This document shows, one piece after another, positions 40,876 through 51,247 of a DNA stretch of 64,000 nucleotides. The notes beneath the pieces are model-generated. The model did no database searches, had not been told where the DNA came from, and worked only from the letters and a program-made list of their open reading frames with translations. Within the stretch, counting starts at the first letter, position 1; each line of letters opens with the position of its first letter. The position numbers and the translations under genes are program-made. The stretch covers positions 18,036 to 82,035 of the forward strand of contig MTOH01000006.1 in assembly GCA_002011615.1 (NCBI GenBank), read 5' to 3'. The stretch comes from Candidatus Hydrothermus pacificus (lineage in GTDB: Bacteria > Hydrothermota > Hydrothermia > Hydrothermales > Hydrothermaceae).

Positions 40876-42816
40876 ATGAATGTCTTATTAAGAGAAAGTT
40901 TCTGGAATATACCTGAAGCCTTAAAGGTTTCATTCTATTTGCTTGCTCTTTTTGCCACATTGGTTTTTGCATATGGTATTTACCTGCACATAAAATTCTG
41001 GAACTCTGGAAGAGGAGAGCTAAAGCCAAACTGGAAAAAAGGAATCCTGAATTTCATAAAGTATTCTTTTTTGCAAATAAGACTCCTGTATGAAAAATTT
41101 GCTGGAATTATGCACCTGTTGATTTATGCAGGTTTTATTATACTGTTCTTAGGAACATTAACACTGACAATTCAGGAAAGGATAACAGAACCTTTTTTCC
41201 GGAATCATTTTTTAAAGGGTGTCTGGTTTTTAATATTTGAATTCACCCTCGACCTGTTTGCCCTGTTTTTTATAACAGGTATTTTAACAGCGATTATAAG
41301 AAGATATTTCATAAAGCCAAAAAGGCTCACCTATGATATCGATTTTCAGATAGTTGTCTGGCTGTTATTTTTAATAGGAATTACAGGAATTCTTGTTGAA
41401 TCCTTCAGAATTCTGGGAGCAAAAACACCTTCTGCCAGTTTCTCTTTTATGGGCTATATTCTCTCTCTTCCTTTCAAAAGCTTATCCTTAGAAATGGTTA
41501 AGAAATTACACCTGAGCTTATGGATAATACACGCAATTCTTTCTCTTGGATTTATTGCATATATACCTTTCTGTTCCCTGTCTCACATAATTTTTTCCCC
41601 TGTAAATCATTTTTTCCAGGACACAGAAAAAAACCATATTCAAAAAATAGATTTTGAGAAGGAAGAGTTCTTTGGTGTCCAGAAATTAAAGGATTTTGAA
41701 AAGAGAGAAATTCTGGGAATAGATGCATGTATAAAATGTGGAAGATGTTATGATGTTTGTCCTGCAGTAAGTGCAGGGACAGAGCTTTCACCAAAAAATG
41801 TTGTAGTTGAATTAAAAGAACTTTACTCAAAAAAGGATGTTGATGTAATCGACGGGATTGTTAAATCCGATGAAATTCTGCCATGCACAACATGCCTTCA
41901 CTGTGTTAAGGTATGCCCTGTTTTTGTTCCAATTCTTGATATAATAATTGGTTTAAGAAGGTATTTGTCCCTCTCTCTTGGCATTCTCCCAAAAACAGCA
42001 TCAGAAACTTTAAAAAATATTGAAAGATACGGTAATCCATTTGGAATAACAGAGGATAGATTTTCAAAGTTCAAAGATATTATAAAATTTGCCGAAGAAG
42101 GTAAAGAATACGATTTTATCCTGTGGATAGGCTGCCTTGGCGCCTTTGAACAGAGAAATCAGGAAGTTGTGAAAAATCTTCTGGAACTTTTAAATAATCT
42201 GGAGATAAACTATGCTATTATAAAAGAAGAAAAGTGCACAGGAGACAGTGCAAGAAGGCTTGGAAATGAATATCTATTTCAAATGCTTGCCGAAGAGAAT
42301 ATAAATAACTTAAAAAAATATAAGTTTAAAAAAATACTCACCTTCTGTCCCCATTGTTATCAGATTTTCAAAGAGGAATACAGAGAATTCGGAGCAGATT
42401 TTGGGGTTATTCATCATACACAGTTTTTGAAAGACTTAATTGATTCAGGCAAAATAAATTTAAAAGATAAAAGTATTAACTTTACCTATCACGACCCCTG
42501 TTATCTGGGTAGATATAATGGAATTTTTGATATTCCGAGAGAGATAATTAAAAAGATGGGAAAGATAAGAGAGCCTGATAGAAAAAAAGAGAACTCCTTC
42601 TGCTGTGGTGGAGGCGGAGGTGGTATGTGGCTTGAAGTCCCCTCAAAAGAAAAGATTAATGAAATCAGATTTTCAGAACTCAGTAAATCTGCAGAGAATA
42701 TTGTTACAGCATGCCCTTACTGTCTTATGATGTTTGACTTAGCTAAAAAAGTTATCGGGAATGAAAATATTAATTTGAAAGACATATCTGAATATGTAAA
42801 TGAGTTTTCTATTTGA
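40876..42816 (+). CDS. Membrane-bound heterodisulfide-reductase-like Fe-S oxidoreductase (FadF/HdrF-like: NarI-like TM region, 2x4Fe-4S, CCG domains)
   Basis: About 6 TM helices with His residues, CIKCGRCYDVCP, CTTCLHCVKVCP, TYHDPCYLGR, CCGGGGG, TACPYC. Confidence 0.9.
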   Translation: MNVLLRESFWNIPEALKVSFYLLALFATLVFAYGIYLHIKFWNSGRGELKPNWKKGILNFIKYSFLQIRLLYEKFAGIMHLLIYAGFIILFLGTLTLTIQERITEPFFRNHFLKGVWFLIFEFTLDLFALFFITGILTAIIRRYFIKPKRLTYDIDFQIVVWLLFLIGITGILVESFRILGAKTPSASFSFMGYILSLPFKSLSLEMVKKLHLSLWIIHAILSLGFIAYIPFCSLSHIIFSPVNHFFQDTEKNHIQKIDFEKEEFFGVQKLKDFEKREILGIDACIKCGRCYDVCPAVSAGTELSPKNVVVELKELYSKKDVDVIDGIVKSDEILPCTTCLHCVKVCPVFVPILDIIIGLRRYLSLSLGILPKTASETLKNIERYGNPFGITEDRFSKFKDIIKFAEEGKEYDFILWIGCLGAFEQRNQEVVKNLLELLNNLEINYAIIKEEKCTGDSARRLGNEYLFQMLAEENINNLKKYKFKKILTFCPHCYQIFKEEYREFGADFGVIHHTQFLKDLIDSGKINLKDKSINFTYHDPCYLGRYNGIFDIPREIIKKMGKIREPDRKKENSFCCGGGGGGMWLEVPSKEKINEIRFSELSKSAENIVTACPYCLMMFDLAKKVIGNENINLKDISEYVNEFSI

Positions 42817-42855
42817 TTTTGGAAGTCTTTTAAGTATATATTTTTAAATCTTAAA

Positions 42856-43692
42856 ATGCACAAGATAGAAATCCAGAAGATAGAAAAATTACAGAGCATA
42901 GCAAAGGACATCAGAAAAGATGTAATAAGAATGACAGGAGAAGCAGGTTCGGGCCATCCAGGAGGAAGTTTATCCTGTGTAGAAATCCTTGTTACATTAT
43001 TTTTTCATATAATGAGACATGACCCTGCAAATCCTGAATGGAAAGATAGAGATAGATTTCTTTTAAGTAAAGGACATGGTGTTCCTGCCCTTTATGCTGT
43101 TCTTGCCAAATGCGGGTATATTGACCAGAATCTACTTCTGACATTGAGAAAATTTGGCAGCCCACTTCAGGGACACCCTGATAAAAGATTTTTACCTGTT
43201 CTTGAAGCCTCAACCGGTTCTCTTGGACAGGGGCTTTCTATTGGGGTTGGAATGGCTCTTGCAGGTAAAATAGACAAAAAGGACCATAAAGTTTATGTGG
43301 TAATAGGAGATGGTGAATCTCAGGAAGGTCAGGTATGGGAAGCAGCTATGTTTTGTTCTTTCCACAAACTTGATAATTTATGTGCGATAATGGATTACAA
43401 CAAGTTTCAACTTGATGGAGCCATTAAGGAAATACTTGATATAGAACCGGTTGTTAATAAATGGAAGAGTTTTGGGTGGGAGGTTTTTGAAGTGAATGGA
43501 CACAGTTTTGAAGAACTTATAAATGCTTTTGAAGAAGCTAAAAAGGTAAAGGGTAAGCCTCAAATTATAATTGCTCATACAATAAAAGGTAAAGGTGTTT
43601 CATTTATGGAGGAAAACAATTATTTCCACGGTAAAGCGCCAACAAAGGAGCAAAAGGAGGAGGCTTTAAGAGAATTAGGAAAAGACCCATGA
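42856..43692 (+). CDS. Transketolase, N-terminal (TPP-binding) subunit
   Basis: SGHPGGSLS, RDRFLLSKGH, LQGHP, STGSLGQG, GDGESQEG. Confidence 0.96.
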   Translation: MHKIEIQKIEKLQSIAKDIRKDVIRMTGEAGSGHPGGSLSCVEILVTLFFHIMRHDPANPEWKDRDRFLLSKGHGVPALYAVLAKCGYIDQNLLLTLRKFGSPLQGHPDKRFLPVLEASTGSLGQGLSIGVGMALAGKIDKKDHKVYVVIGDGESQEGQVWEAAMFCSFHKLDNLCAIMDYNKFQLDGAIKEILDIEPVVNKWKSFGWEVFEVNGHSFEELINAFEEAKKVKGKPQIIIAHTIKGKGVSFMEENNYFHGKAPTKEQKEEALRELGKDP

Positions 43693-44639
43693 GAGAGTGG
43701 AACCTGGGAAAACCAACGAGACAGGCATATGGTGAAACCCTGGCAGAACTGGGTGAAGAATATCCTGAGATAGTGGTTCTTGATGCGGACCTTTCCAAAT
43801 CCACTCATACCTATATATTCGGGGAAAAGTTCCCTGAAAGATTTTTCAACTTCGGGATAGCAGAGGCTAATATGGTCTCTGCTGCTGCTGGACTTGCAGC
43901 ATCGGGTAAAATTCCCTTTTGTTCTTCCTTCGCATGTTTTATGATAAACAAAGCCTTTGAACAGATAAGAATAGGAGTTGCAGGGAGCAGGTTGAATGTA
44001 AAGTTTGTTGCCTCTCATGGGGGAATATCTGTTGGTGAAGATGGATTTACCCAGCAATCGGTTGAGGATATTGCCCTTATGACCACATTCCCTGAATTTA
44101 CCATAGTTGTGCCTGCAGATGAGTTTGCAACAAAATGGACGATAAGGGAGTGTGTGAAACATCCCGAGCCTGTTTATATAAGAACAGGAAGACCCAGGGC
44201 ACCGATCATATATGATGAAAATACTAAATTTGAATGGAAAGGAACAAAAACACTGGAAAAAGGTGAAGATGTTACAATAATATCTTATGGGTTGACCCTT
44301 CATATGGCGCTCGATGCCCATAATAAGCTTTTAAAAAAAGGTATTAAGTCAAGGGTAATTGATTTTTACACAATAAAACCCCTTGATGAAGAAACCCTTT
44401 TAAAGGCATCTGAAGAAACAAAGGGAATAGTTATAATTGAGGAACATCTTTTAAACGGTGGACTCGGCTCAATGGTTGCAAGGTTTTTATCTGATAAAAA
44501 TCCATGCAAAATAAAAACAATAGGAATAAACGATGCTTATGCAGAGAGTGGTAAACCGGATGAACTTTTTGAAAAATTTGGATTAACTGTTGAAAATGTT
44601 GTTCAAAAAGCTGAAGAAATAATGTCAAATGGTCGATGA
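43689..44639 (+). CDS. Transketolase, C-terminal subunit
   Basis: LDADL, GIAEANM, GEDGFTQQ, PVYIR, IKPLD, EEH...GGLGS. Confidence 0.95.
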   Translation: MREWNLGKPTRQAYGETLAELGEEYPEIVVLDADLSKSTHTYIFGEKFPERFFNFGIAEANMVSAAAGLAASGKIPFCSSFACFMINKAFEQIRIGVAGSRLNVKFVASHGGISVGEDGFTQQSVEDIALMTTFPEFTIVVPADEFATKWTIRECVKHPEPVYIRTGRPRAPIIYDENTKFEWKGTKTLEKGEDVTIISYGLTLHMALDAHNKLLKKGIKSRVIDFYTIKPLDEETLLKASEETKGIVIIEEHLLNGGLGSMVARFLSDKNPCKIKTIGINDAYAESGKPDELFEKFGLTVENVVQKAEEIMSNGR

Positions 44640-46098
44640 GTTTCTTAAGAAGAAAGGCTCAAAAGATTCTATTGAAGTTCTCTTAAATCCACTTTCATTA
44701 TTGTCATCCCCTTTTGATTATGAGGATTTAAAAAAAAGTATAGATTTTCTCAAAGAGAAATCAGAATATGGTGAAAAAGCACTCCTTATTGCTCATGAAG
44801 ATATGGATGGAATAGCCTCCCTTATCATTTCAATCTCTCTTCTAAAAAGTTTAAACATCCCCTATGAAGTTTATATACCCTCCAAAGAAGAAGACCCTCA
44901 TGGGATTTCTCATAAAGTTATAAAATGGGGAATTGAAAAAGACACCAATTTTTTATTTGCTCTGGATTGTGGGATTTCTGATGTAAGAGAAATTAAATAT
45001 GCCCAGGAAAATGGAATGGATGTCCTTATTCTTGACCACCACAGGTACGGTCATTCTTATGATTCTTTTCTTTTTATTCATCCAAAAAAAGGCAGCGGGT
45101 TTCCCTATCTCTCTGCTTCAGCTCTTTCTCTTTTACTGTTTTATGGCTACCATATATTGGAAGGAAGAGATTTTGATTATATTTATCGCGAGAATCCTGA
45201 TGAGATAATCCTGTCTGCCTGTGGTATCCTTGCAGACAGAGTTCCATTAATAGGAGACAATCTATTTATAGTAAAAAAGGCAAAACAAATAATAGAAGAA
45301 AAAAGGGGGAATCTTTATAGGATTTATAATGAAGCTACAGGTAAAGAGCCGAGCTTATGGAGCTTTGTCAGCAGTTTTTCAGCTCTTACATCTCGGGAAG
45401 GTAAATCTCTTTTGCTCTATCTCTTTGAAGATGGTGATATATCTCTGAAAAAAGAATATTTATTACGTATACTTAAAGAAGAGAAATTATCTATGAAATT
45501 ATCCAAGGAAAGCCTGAATCTTGCCAAGGAATTCATAGACATTAGAGAACACTTTGTACTTGTGGTGGATAAAAATATAAGGCTGAGAAGCCTTGGATGG
45601 ATTGCAAATGTTTTAAAGAGAAAATACTATTTACCTGCAGTGGTTATAGCTTACAGAAAAGATGGGATATGGGTGGGTGAAGGAAGAAGTTTTCCCCCGA
45701 TTTCTATATACAACGCATTTAACAGAATAAAGGACCTGTTTGTAGATTTTGGTGGTCATCACTATGCAGCAGGTTTTTCCATAAAACAGGAAAATCTTAA
45801 GTTCTTTGATAAGAAATTTGAAGAATCCATTAGAAAGGAAAAAGAAAAGAACTGGAAAGAAAAAGTCGATATTTTGATAAATGGTGATTATCTCCATGAA
45901 TTAGAAGATATTTTGAACCTTGGAAAGAAAAACTTTTATCTCTCATGCTATTTAGAAAATATAAAAATAGAGGAACTCAGAAAAAGTTTTGGAGGGCAGA
46001 TTTATGGAATACCCGCGGAAAACGGTATCTATGACATGGTTTTAAGTATAGATGAAAATGGTGGAAGAGTTTTCTGGAAAAGCAAACAAACCGAGTAA
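44629..46098 (+). CDS. DHH/DHHA1 phosphoesterase, RecJ-like
   Basis: HEDMDG, LDCG, ILDHH, ADRVPL..DN, GEGRS, FGGHHYAAG. Confidence 0.82.
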   Translation: MVDEFLKKKGSKDSIEVLLNPLSLLSSPFDYEDLKKSIDFLKEKSEYGEKALLIAHEDMDGIASLIISISLLKSLNIPYEVYIPSKEEDPHGISHKVIKWGIEKDTNFLFALDCGISDVREIKYAQENGMDVLILDHHRYGHSYDSFLFIHPKKGSGFPYLSASALSLLLFYGYHILEGRDFDYIYRENPDEIILSACGILADRVPLIGDNLFIVKKAKQIIEEKRGNLYRIYNEATGKEPSLWSFVSSFSALTSREGKSLLLYLFEDGDISLKKEYLLRILKEEKLSMKLSKESLNLAKEFIDIREHFVLVVDKNIRLRSLGWIANVLKRKYYLPAVVIAYRKDGIWVGEGRSFPPISIYNAFNRIKDLFVDFGGHHYAAGFSIKQENLKFFDKKFEESIRKEKEKNWKEKVDILINGDYLHELEDILNLGKKNFYLSCYLENIKIEELRKSFGGQIYGIPAENGIYDMVLSIDENGGRVFWKSKQTE

Positions 46099-47186
46099 GA
46101 AGCAATAGCCTCTTCTTTTCCTATAATTCCCATTTTTTCAGAAGTTTTTGCTTTTATTGATATTTTTTCTTCAGGTATTTTTAAAATTTTTGCCAGCTTA
46201 GCTCTTATCTTTTTTCTATGCTTAACAATCTTCGGTCTTTCAAGGAATATTACACAATCTATATTACCTATAATCACATTTTCCTTTTCCATAATTTCCA
46301 CACATCTTTTTAAAAAAAACTCACTTTTTGCATCTTTCCACTTTTTTTCACTATCAGGAAAATGAGTTCCTATATCTCCTTTTCCAATAGCACCCAGGAT
46401 GGCATCTACAAGAGAATGAATCAAAACATCTCCATCAGAATGCCCAACAGCACCTTTTTTAAAAGGAATGTGAATGCCACCAATATAAAGCTTTCTGCCT
46501 TCTTCCAGGGGATGTAAGTCATATCCCCACCCTATAACAGGCTTAAATAATCCCCTCCATATTGTTTTTAAAAAGATGATATCTTCTGGATAGGTTAATT
46601 TAAAATTCAGAAACGAGCCTTTTACATATACAGGTTTAACATTTAAAATTTCCTTTATCATGGTTGACTCATCAGGAAAATTTTTGCCCCGGGACCTTCT
46701 GAAAGCTTCAAGGAGTATACCTCTTTCTATTTTTTGAGGAGTTTGAATAATTTTTATCTTCTGTCTTTTAAGGAGTTTGTCTTCCTCAAAGGCAGTATCA
46801 TAAAGTTTTACGAATGGGACAACCAACCTGCCTTTTGATTTTATAACTCTCTTAATTAAATTTTCAGGAATAAATGGTCTTGAAACATCGTGAATAAGAA
46901 TTCTGTCGCCTCGCGAGTTTCTTAAACCATTCCTGACTGATTCACTTCTTGTTAACCCTCCTTTTACCACTTTGATATTGTCTAAACCAAGAGTTTTAAG
47001 TTCTTTATGCACAGATTCCCTTCTCTTCGCAGGAACTACAAGAACTATCTCTTTAATTTCATTAAATTTTAAAAAGGTCCTGAGTGAAAAAAAATAAAGA
47101 GGATATTTTTCTATTTTTAAAAAAGCTTTTGGAAAACCAAACCTTTCTCCCTTTCCAGCACCAACAAGTATCAAAGAGAGCATCAC
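46029..47186 (-). CDS. ispDF: Bifunctional IspD/IspF
   Basis: GAGKGERFG..KAF, GGLTRSESV, IHDVSRP, QTPQ, then GWGYDLH, GHSDGDVLIH, GDIGTHFPD, KAKTSE. Confidence 0.94.
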   Translation of the reverse strand: MMLSLILVGAGKGERFGFPKAFLKIEKYPLYFFSLRTFLKFNEIKEIVLVVPAKRRESVHKELKTLGLDNIKVVKGGLTRSESVRNGLRNSRGDRILIHDVSRPFIPENLIKRVIKSKGRLVVPFVKLYDTAFEEDKLLKRQKIKIIQTPQKIERGILLEAFRRSRGKNFPDESTMIKEILNVKPVYVKGSFLNFKLTYPEDIIFLKTIWRGLFKPVIGWGYDLHPLEEGRKLYIGGIHIPFKKGAVGHSDGDVLIHSLVDAILGAIGKGDIGTHFPDSEKKWKDAKSEFFLKRCVEIMEKENVIIGNIDCVIFLERPKIVKHRKKIRAKLAKILKIPEEKISIKAKTSEKMGIIGKEEAIASYSVCLLFQKTLPPFSSILKTMS

Positions 47187-47446
47187 ACCTTTTGAAGAAC
47201 AAAAATCATAATAAATATTAAAATAAAAGCAAGAAGGTTTATCTGAAATTTCAATCCAAAGGAGAGGTCTATTATAATGAGGTCCAGTCTTATGTTAGAA
47301 AAGCCAAATTTAACCGGGAACAGAAGCACATCTCTGGCAGGGCTTTTGGGAAGAAAAGTAAGCAGTATCCTACCTATTATATCTCCCAGTGCTCCCGCAA
47401 GAACCACGGCAACTATATTTCTTATTGTTAAAATTTTCTTTGCCAT
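47183..47446 (-). CDS. Small membrane protein, DUF4321-like
   Basis: Hydrophobic, LDLIIIDLSFGLKFQINL; ATG 47446 lies 6 nt after TATAAT. Confidence 0.65.
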   Translation of the reverse strand: MAKKILTIRNIVAVVLAGALGDIIGRILLTFLPKSPARDVLLFPVKFGFSNIRLDLIIIDLSFGLKFQINLLAFILIFIMIFVLQKV

Positions 47447-47508
47447 TTTTAAATTATAAATCATTTAAAGGATAGAATTCAAAATGTCTTATACTCTAAA
47501 ATATAAAT

Positions 47509-47940
47509 ATGGAAGAAATTGAAAGACAGGTTGGATTTCTCAGAGAAAAAGGAAAAGATTTTGAAAAAAAAGTAAAAATGATAGAAAGGGAACTCGGAAA
47601 AGACTTAGACCTTCTGGCACTAATTATGAACTTTCGGGAAATCATTGAAAGGGACTGGCAAACAGGAAATTTTGAAGGATATCCATACTACACTATGTGG
47701 CTTAACATGCTTATAAAGCTCTCCAAAGCACTTTCTGAAATAGATGCAGATGACCTTGAGATTGAAACCCCTGATGAAGAGTCTTTACGAAAAATCATAC
47801 AGGATGAAATGAAGGGAGGCTACGGTTTCAGATATTTTAAAATGTATTTCCCTCAACTTATATGGCATACAAGATTACTTCAAATAGCTCTTGAAAAAAA
47901 GATAAGGCAAAAAGGTGGAGAAATCATAAAAAATAAGTAA
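47509..47940 (+). CDS. Hypothetical helical protein
   Basis: 143 aa ORF filling the gap, with a -10 box 6 nt upstream; no motif recognised. Confidence 0.7.
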   Translation: MEEIERQVGFLREKGKDFEKKVKMIERELGKDLDLLALIMNFREIIERDWQTGNFEGYPYYTMWLNMLIKLSKALSEIDADDLEIETPDEESLRKIIQDEMKGGYGFRYFKMYFPQLIWHTRLLQIALEKKIRQKGGEIIKNK

Positions 47941-48636
47941 AATAGCAGATGCAAAAAGGAAAGGTGCAAAGGGCAAATATTTGATTTTTTTCTTTATTTT
48001 CAGGGAAATTCCCACAATGCTTCCAATCAATGAGGCGATAAACAAAACAATAAATACATTTATCCATCCTGTATAAAGCCCTATCATGGCAAGAATAATG
48101 ATATCTCCTTCACCCATCAGCTCTCTCTTAATTATTTTGCCTGTAATATAAAATATTCCCGGTATAACTGCTCCTATAATACCTCCTGTAAGAAAATATA
48201 AAAATTTCCCGGATAAGAATGCAAATAAAAAACCCATAATTAAACCCGGAAGGGATAAAACATCTGGAATAAGCATCTTCTGCATATCTATTGTTGATAT
48301 GTTAACTGCGAAGAATATAAAAGTTATTGATTTTAAAAAATTTATAGAGAATCCAAATTTTATATAGGAGAGAAGGAAAAGAGAGGCCATAATAACCTCC
48401 ACGAGTAAATATCTTAAAGGGATTTTACCCTCACAACTCCTGCATTTCCCTTTCAAAATAATATAGCTTATTATAGGTATATTATCATAAAATCTGATTT
48501 TTACTCCACATTTTGGACAAAAAGAAGAGGGAGTAATAATAGAGATATTTTCAGGAATTCTATAAATTAAAACATTTGAAAAACTTCCAAAAACCCCTCC
48601 TATTATAAAGATAAAAGTTGAAAAAATTATTTTCAC
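47875..48636 (-). CDS. Prepilin peptidase (A24/PilD-like)
   Basis: GSFSNVLIYRIP, SFCPKC, DNIPIISY..LKGKCRSC, MGEGD, PFAPFL. Confidence 0.94.
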   Translation of the reverse strand: MKIIFSTFIFIIGGVFGSFSNVLIYRIPENISIITPSSFCPKCGVKIRFYDNIPIISYIILKGKCRSCEGKIPLRYLLVEVIMASLFLLSYIKFGFSINFLKSITFIFFAVNISTIDMQKMLIPDVLSLPGLIMGFLFAFLSGKFLYFLTGGIIGAVIPGIFYITGKIIKRELMGEGDIIILAMIGLYTGWINVFIVLFIASLIGSIVGISLKIKKKIKYLPFAPFLFASAILLIFYDFSTFLPYLFFKSYLK

Positions 48637-49940
48637 CCTTTGTAAGCGAATACTTTATTTTTACCTGAAGATTTTGCATGATATAGGGCATCGTCAGCCT
48701 TCTTAATCAGGTCTTCTGCATTATTTGCGTCAATCGGATAAACAGCAACTCCTCCGCTTATTGTGAGTTTACCACCCGGTTGTGTTTCTTCATTCTCAAA
48801 CTTTGTCTTCTCTATAATCTCCCTTACCATTTCACCAAATCTCAGAGTCTGCGCCTTGTTTTTATTGTATAACATCACAACAAATTCTTCTCCACCATAC
48901 CTTGCAGGAAGCCCTATATTACCTGAGACTTTTTTTAAAATTTTACCAAGGTTTTTTAAAAGGTCATCGCCTGCAGGATGTCCGTGTCTATCATTATATT
49001 TTTTAAAGTTGTCTATATCCATCATAAAGAGTCCCACATAGGCTGATGATTGTTCTGCCTGTTTTATAGCTCTTTCTAAACGTTCTTTGAAAACTCTCTT
49101 ATTATAAATCCCTGTAAGACCATCAGTATCAGCAAGTCTCTGTATCTGTTCTCTTAACTCAGCTCCATACATCGCAAGAGCACCAAGCTCAGAAACCATC
49201 TTTAAAGCCTCCAAGGAATATTTTAAAGCTGTTCTCTTATCTCCTATAATATGAATCTTCTCTTCTCCTTCAGGTGTTAGAACCCTTTGAGTCAAAGGTT
49301 TTATTTTCCTCACACCTATCACACCAAACATCTTGTCTCTGTAATGCACAGAGGCACATATATCATAATCAATCTTATAAGGGTCTTTGGACCTGTAGTC
49401 CATTGCATCAGCGCGTGAATGATGTTCCATATCTTCCTGGTCCATTGTGCTCCTTATCTTTCCTATAAATCCAACAGGACCTATACCAAGAGGATATTTA
49501 ATTTTGGTCCTTAGATATTTATTTTTTTCCTTAGAGATAAGCTCTCTGAGTTCAAAGAATTTACCGTTTTCTATTGCTTCAAAGAAAAATATTTCATCTG
49601 CGTTTATCACATTATTAACACCTTCTATTATTTTCCTTGGCATGTCTTTCTTCTCCAGCTTGTCGTCGCCCAGAGCACTGGCCAGATTAAGAACCGATTG
49701 TATAACCCTGCCTCTTGCTGAAATTTCAGCAATAAGCTCGTCTATTCTAAAGGTCTGCTCCCTTGTTATTGTTTCATATGTTATCCTCTGAGTTCTTAAC
49801 CTGTTCTCAAGACTTTTTATCTGCCTTTCAAGTTTTTTTCTCTCAAATAATTCTATAAGGAATAAAGAAATAAAAGCTACCAGAACTATTCCTATACCCA
49901 CCAGTATTATAAGTGTCTGATTGCCCAGAAAATTATTCAT
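48633..49940 (-). CDS. Membrane-anchored GAF-like plus GGDEF diguanylate cyclase
   Basis: TM and coiled coil, DGLTGIYN, DIDNFKKYND..GH..GD, RYGGEEF, ADDALY.AK..GKN. Confidence 0.93.
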   Translation of the reverse strand: MNNFLGNQTLIILVGIGIVLVAFISLFLIELFERKKLERQIKSLENRLRTQRITYETITREQTFRIDELIAEISARGRVIQSVLNLASALGDDKLEKKDMPRKIIEGVNNVINADEIFFFEAIENGKFFELRELISKEKNKYLRTKIKYPLGIGPVGFIGKIRSTMDQEDMEHHSRADAMDYRSKDPYKIDYDICASVHYRDKMFGVIGVRKIKPLTQRVLTPEGEEKIHIIGDKRTALKYSLEALKMVSELGALAMYGAELREQIQRLADTDGLTGIYNKRVFKERLERAIKQAEQSSAYVGLFMMDIDNFKKYNDRHGHPAGDDLLKNLGKILKKVSGNIGLPARYGGEEFVVMLYNKNKAQTLRFGEMVREIIEKTKFENEETQPGGKLTISGGVAVYPIDANNAEDLIKKADDALYHAKSSGKNKVFAYKG

Positions 49941-51247
49941 TCCTGCTCCAGCTCAAAAACTCTTTTAAATATAAAGTCAATTCTTTTTTTCAGGTTAAAT
50001 TTAAAATCAAAAATTTTCTCAATATCCTTTTTATTCAAAAACTTTCTAATGCTTTTATCATTCAGTAACACTTTTTTTAAATCCATATTTTTCTCACCTG
50101 CAAGCCATGCCAGTCTCATTATTTTCTCATAAGCCTGTTTTCTGGTCATACCTTTTAAAATCAATTCATTCATTACACTCTGAGAAAACACTTTCCCTTT
50201 TGTCATATCCAAATTTTTATTTATATTATCCACAAAAACGTTTAAATTTTCAAGTGCGAAGCAAATTTTGTCATACATATATGAGAGCAAAATTATTCCA
50301 TCAGGGAATATAATCCTTTCTGTACTGGAGTGAGAAATATCTCTTTCATGCCATAGAGCAATATTTTCAAGAGATGTTATGAGATAACCCCTTATAACCC
50401 TTGCAAGTCCACATATTCTCTCCGATATTATAGGGTTTCTTTTATGGGGCATACTTGAAGAACCTTTCTGACCTTTTGTAAAGGGTTCTGCAATTTCAAA
50501 AACTTCCTCTCTCTGCAAATTCCTTATTTCAAGGGCAATTCGTTCAAGAGAGGATGCACACAGTGCAAGTGTTTCCATAAAAAGGGCGTGTCTATCCCTT
50601 GGGACTATCTGAGTGGAACAGGGTTCGGGCTTTAATCCCAGATTTTTGAGGATATGTTTTTCAACTTCAGGGTCAACATTCAAATAATTTCCCACTGAAC
50701 CTGATATTTTTCCGTAAGAAATTTCGTTTTCTGCATTCTGGAGCCTCTTTAAATTTCTGAGCCCTTCTGAGTAAAATCCAAGGAATTTAAGTCCAAGAGT
50801 AGTGGGTTCTGCATGCATTCCATGAGTTCTGCCTATCTGAGGTAGATACTTATACTTTTCAGAAAGACTTTTAAGAGCTCTTAAATATCTTTTGTGTCTT
50901 TCAGTAACCCTCTTTAATGCTTTTTTCAGCATATAAGCAAATGCAGTATCAACAACATCTGAGGAGGTGAGTCCAAAATGGAAAAATCTCTTTTCAGAAG
51001 GGGTTAAACTCTGTGTGCAGGATTCTATAAATGCTATAACATCATGCTTTATTGTTTTTTCTCTTGCTCTTATATCCCTGAGATTAATTCTCACTTTTCT
51101 TTTCACATTTTCAACAACTTTCTTGGAAACAATACCCTTTCTGGACAGAGCCTCAAGATTCAGAATCTCTATTTTGAGCCACGTTTTAAATTTATTTTCT
51201 TCTGAAAAGAAATTTTTAAAATCCCTGGGGGTGTATCTTTCTATCAT
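49937..51247 (-). CDS. purB: Adenylosuccinate lyase
   Basis: MIERY, HFGLTSSD, GRTHGMHAEPTT, GSSSMPHKRNP, LWHERDISHSS. Confidence 0.98.
   Translation of the reverse strand: MIERYTPRDFKNFFSEENKFKTWLKIEILNLEALSRKGIVSKKVVENVKRKVRINLRDIRAREKTIKHDVIAFIESCTQSLTPSEKRFFHFGLTSSDVVDTAFAYMLKKALKRVTERHKRYLRALKSLSEKYKYLPQIGRTHGMHAEPTTLGLKFLGFYSEGLRNLKRLQNAENEISYGKISGSVGNYLNVDPEVEKHILKNLGLKPEPCSTQIVPRDRHALFMETLALCASSLERIALEIRNLQREEVFEIAEPFTKGQKGSSSMPHKRNPIISERICGLARVIRGYLITSLENIALWHERDISHSSTERIIFPDGIILLSYMYDKICFALENLNVFVDNINKNLDMTKGKVFSQSVMNELILKGMTRKQAYEKIMRLAWLAGEKNMDLKKVLLNDKSIRKFLNKKDIEKIFDFKFNLKKRIDFIFKRVFELEQE

Noticed and set aside
43620-44321. 233 aa antisense ORF
   Set aside because: Shadow of the transketolase C-terminal subunit with no motifs. 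The same applies to the many 60-140 aa antisense or alternate-frame ORFs in the track.
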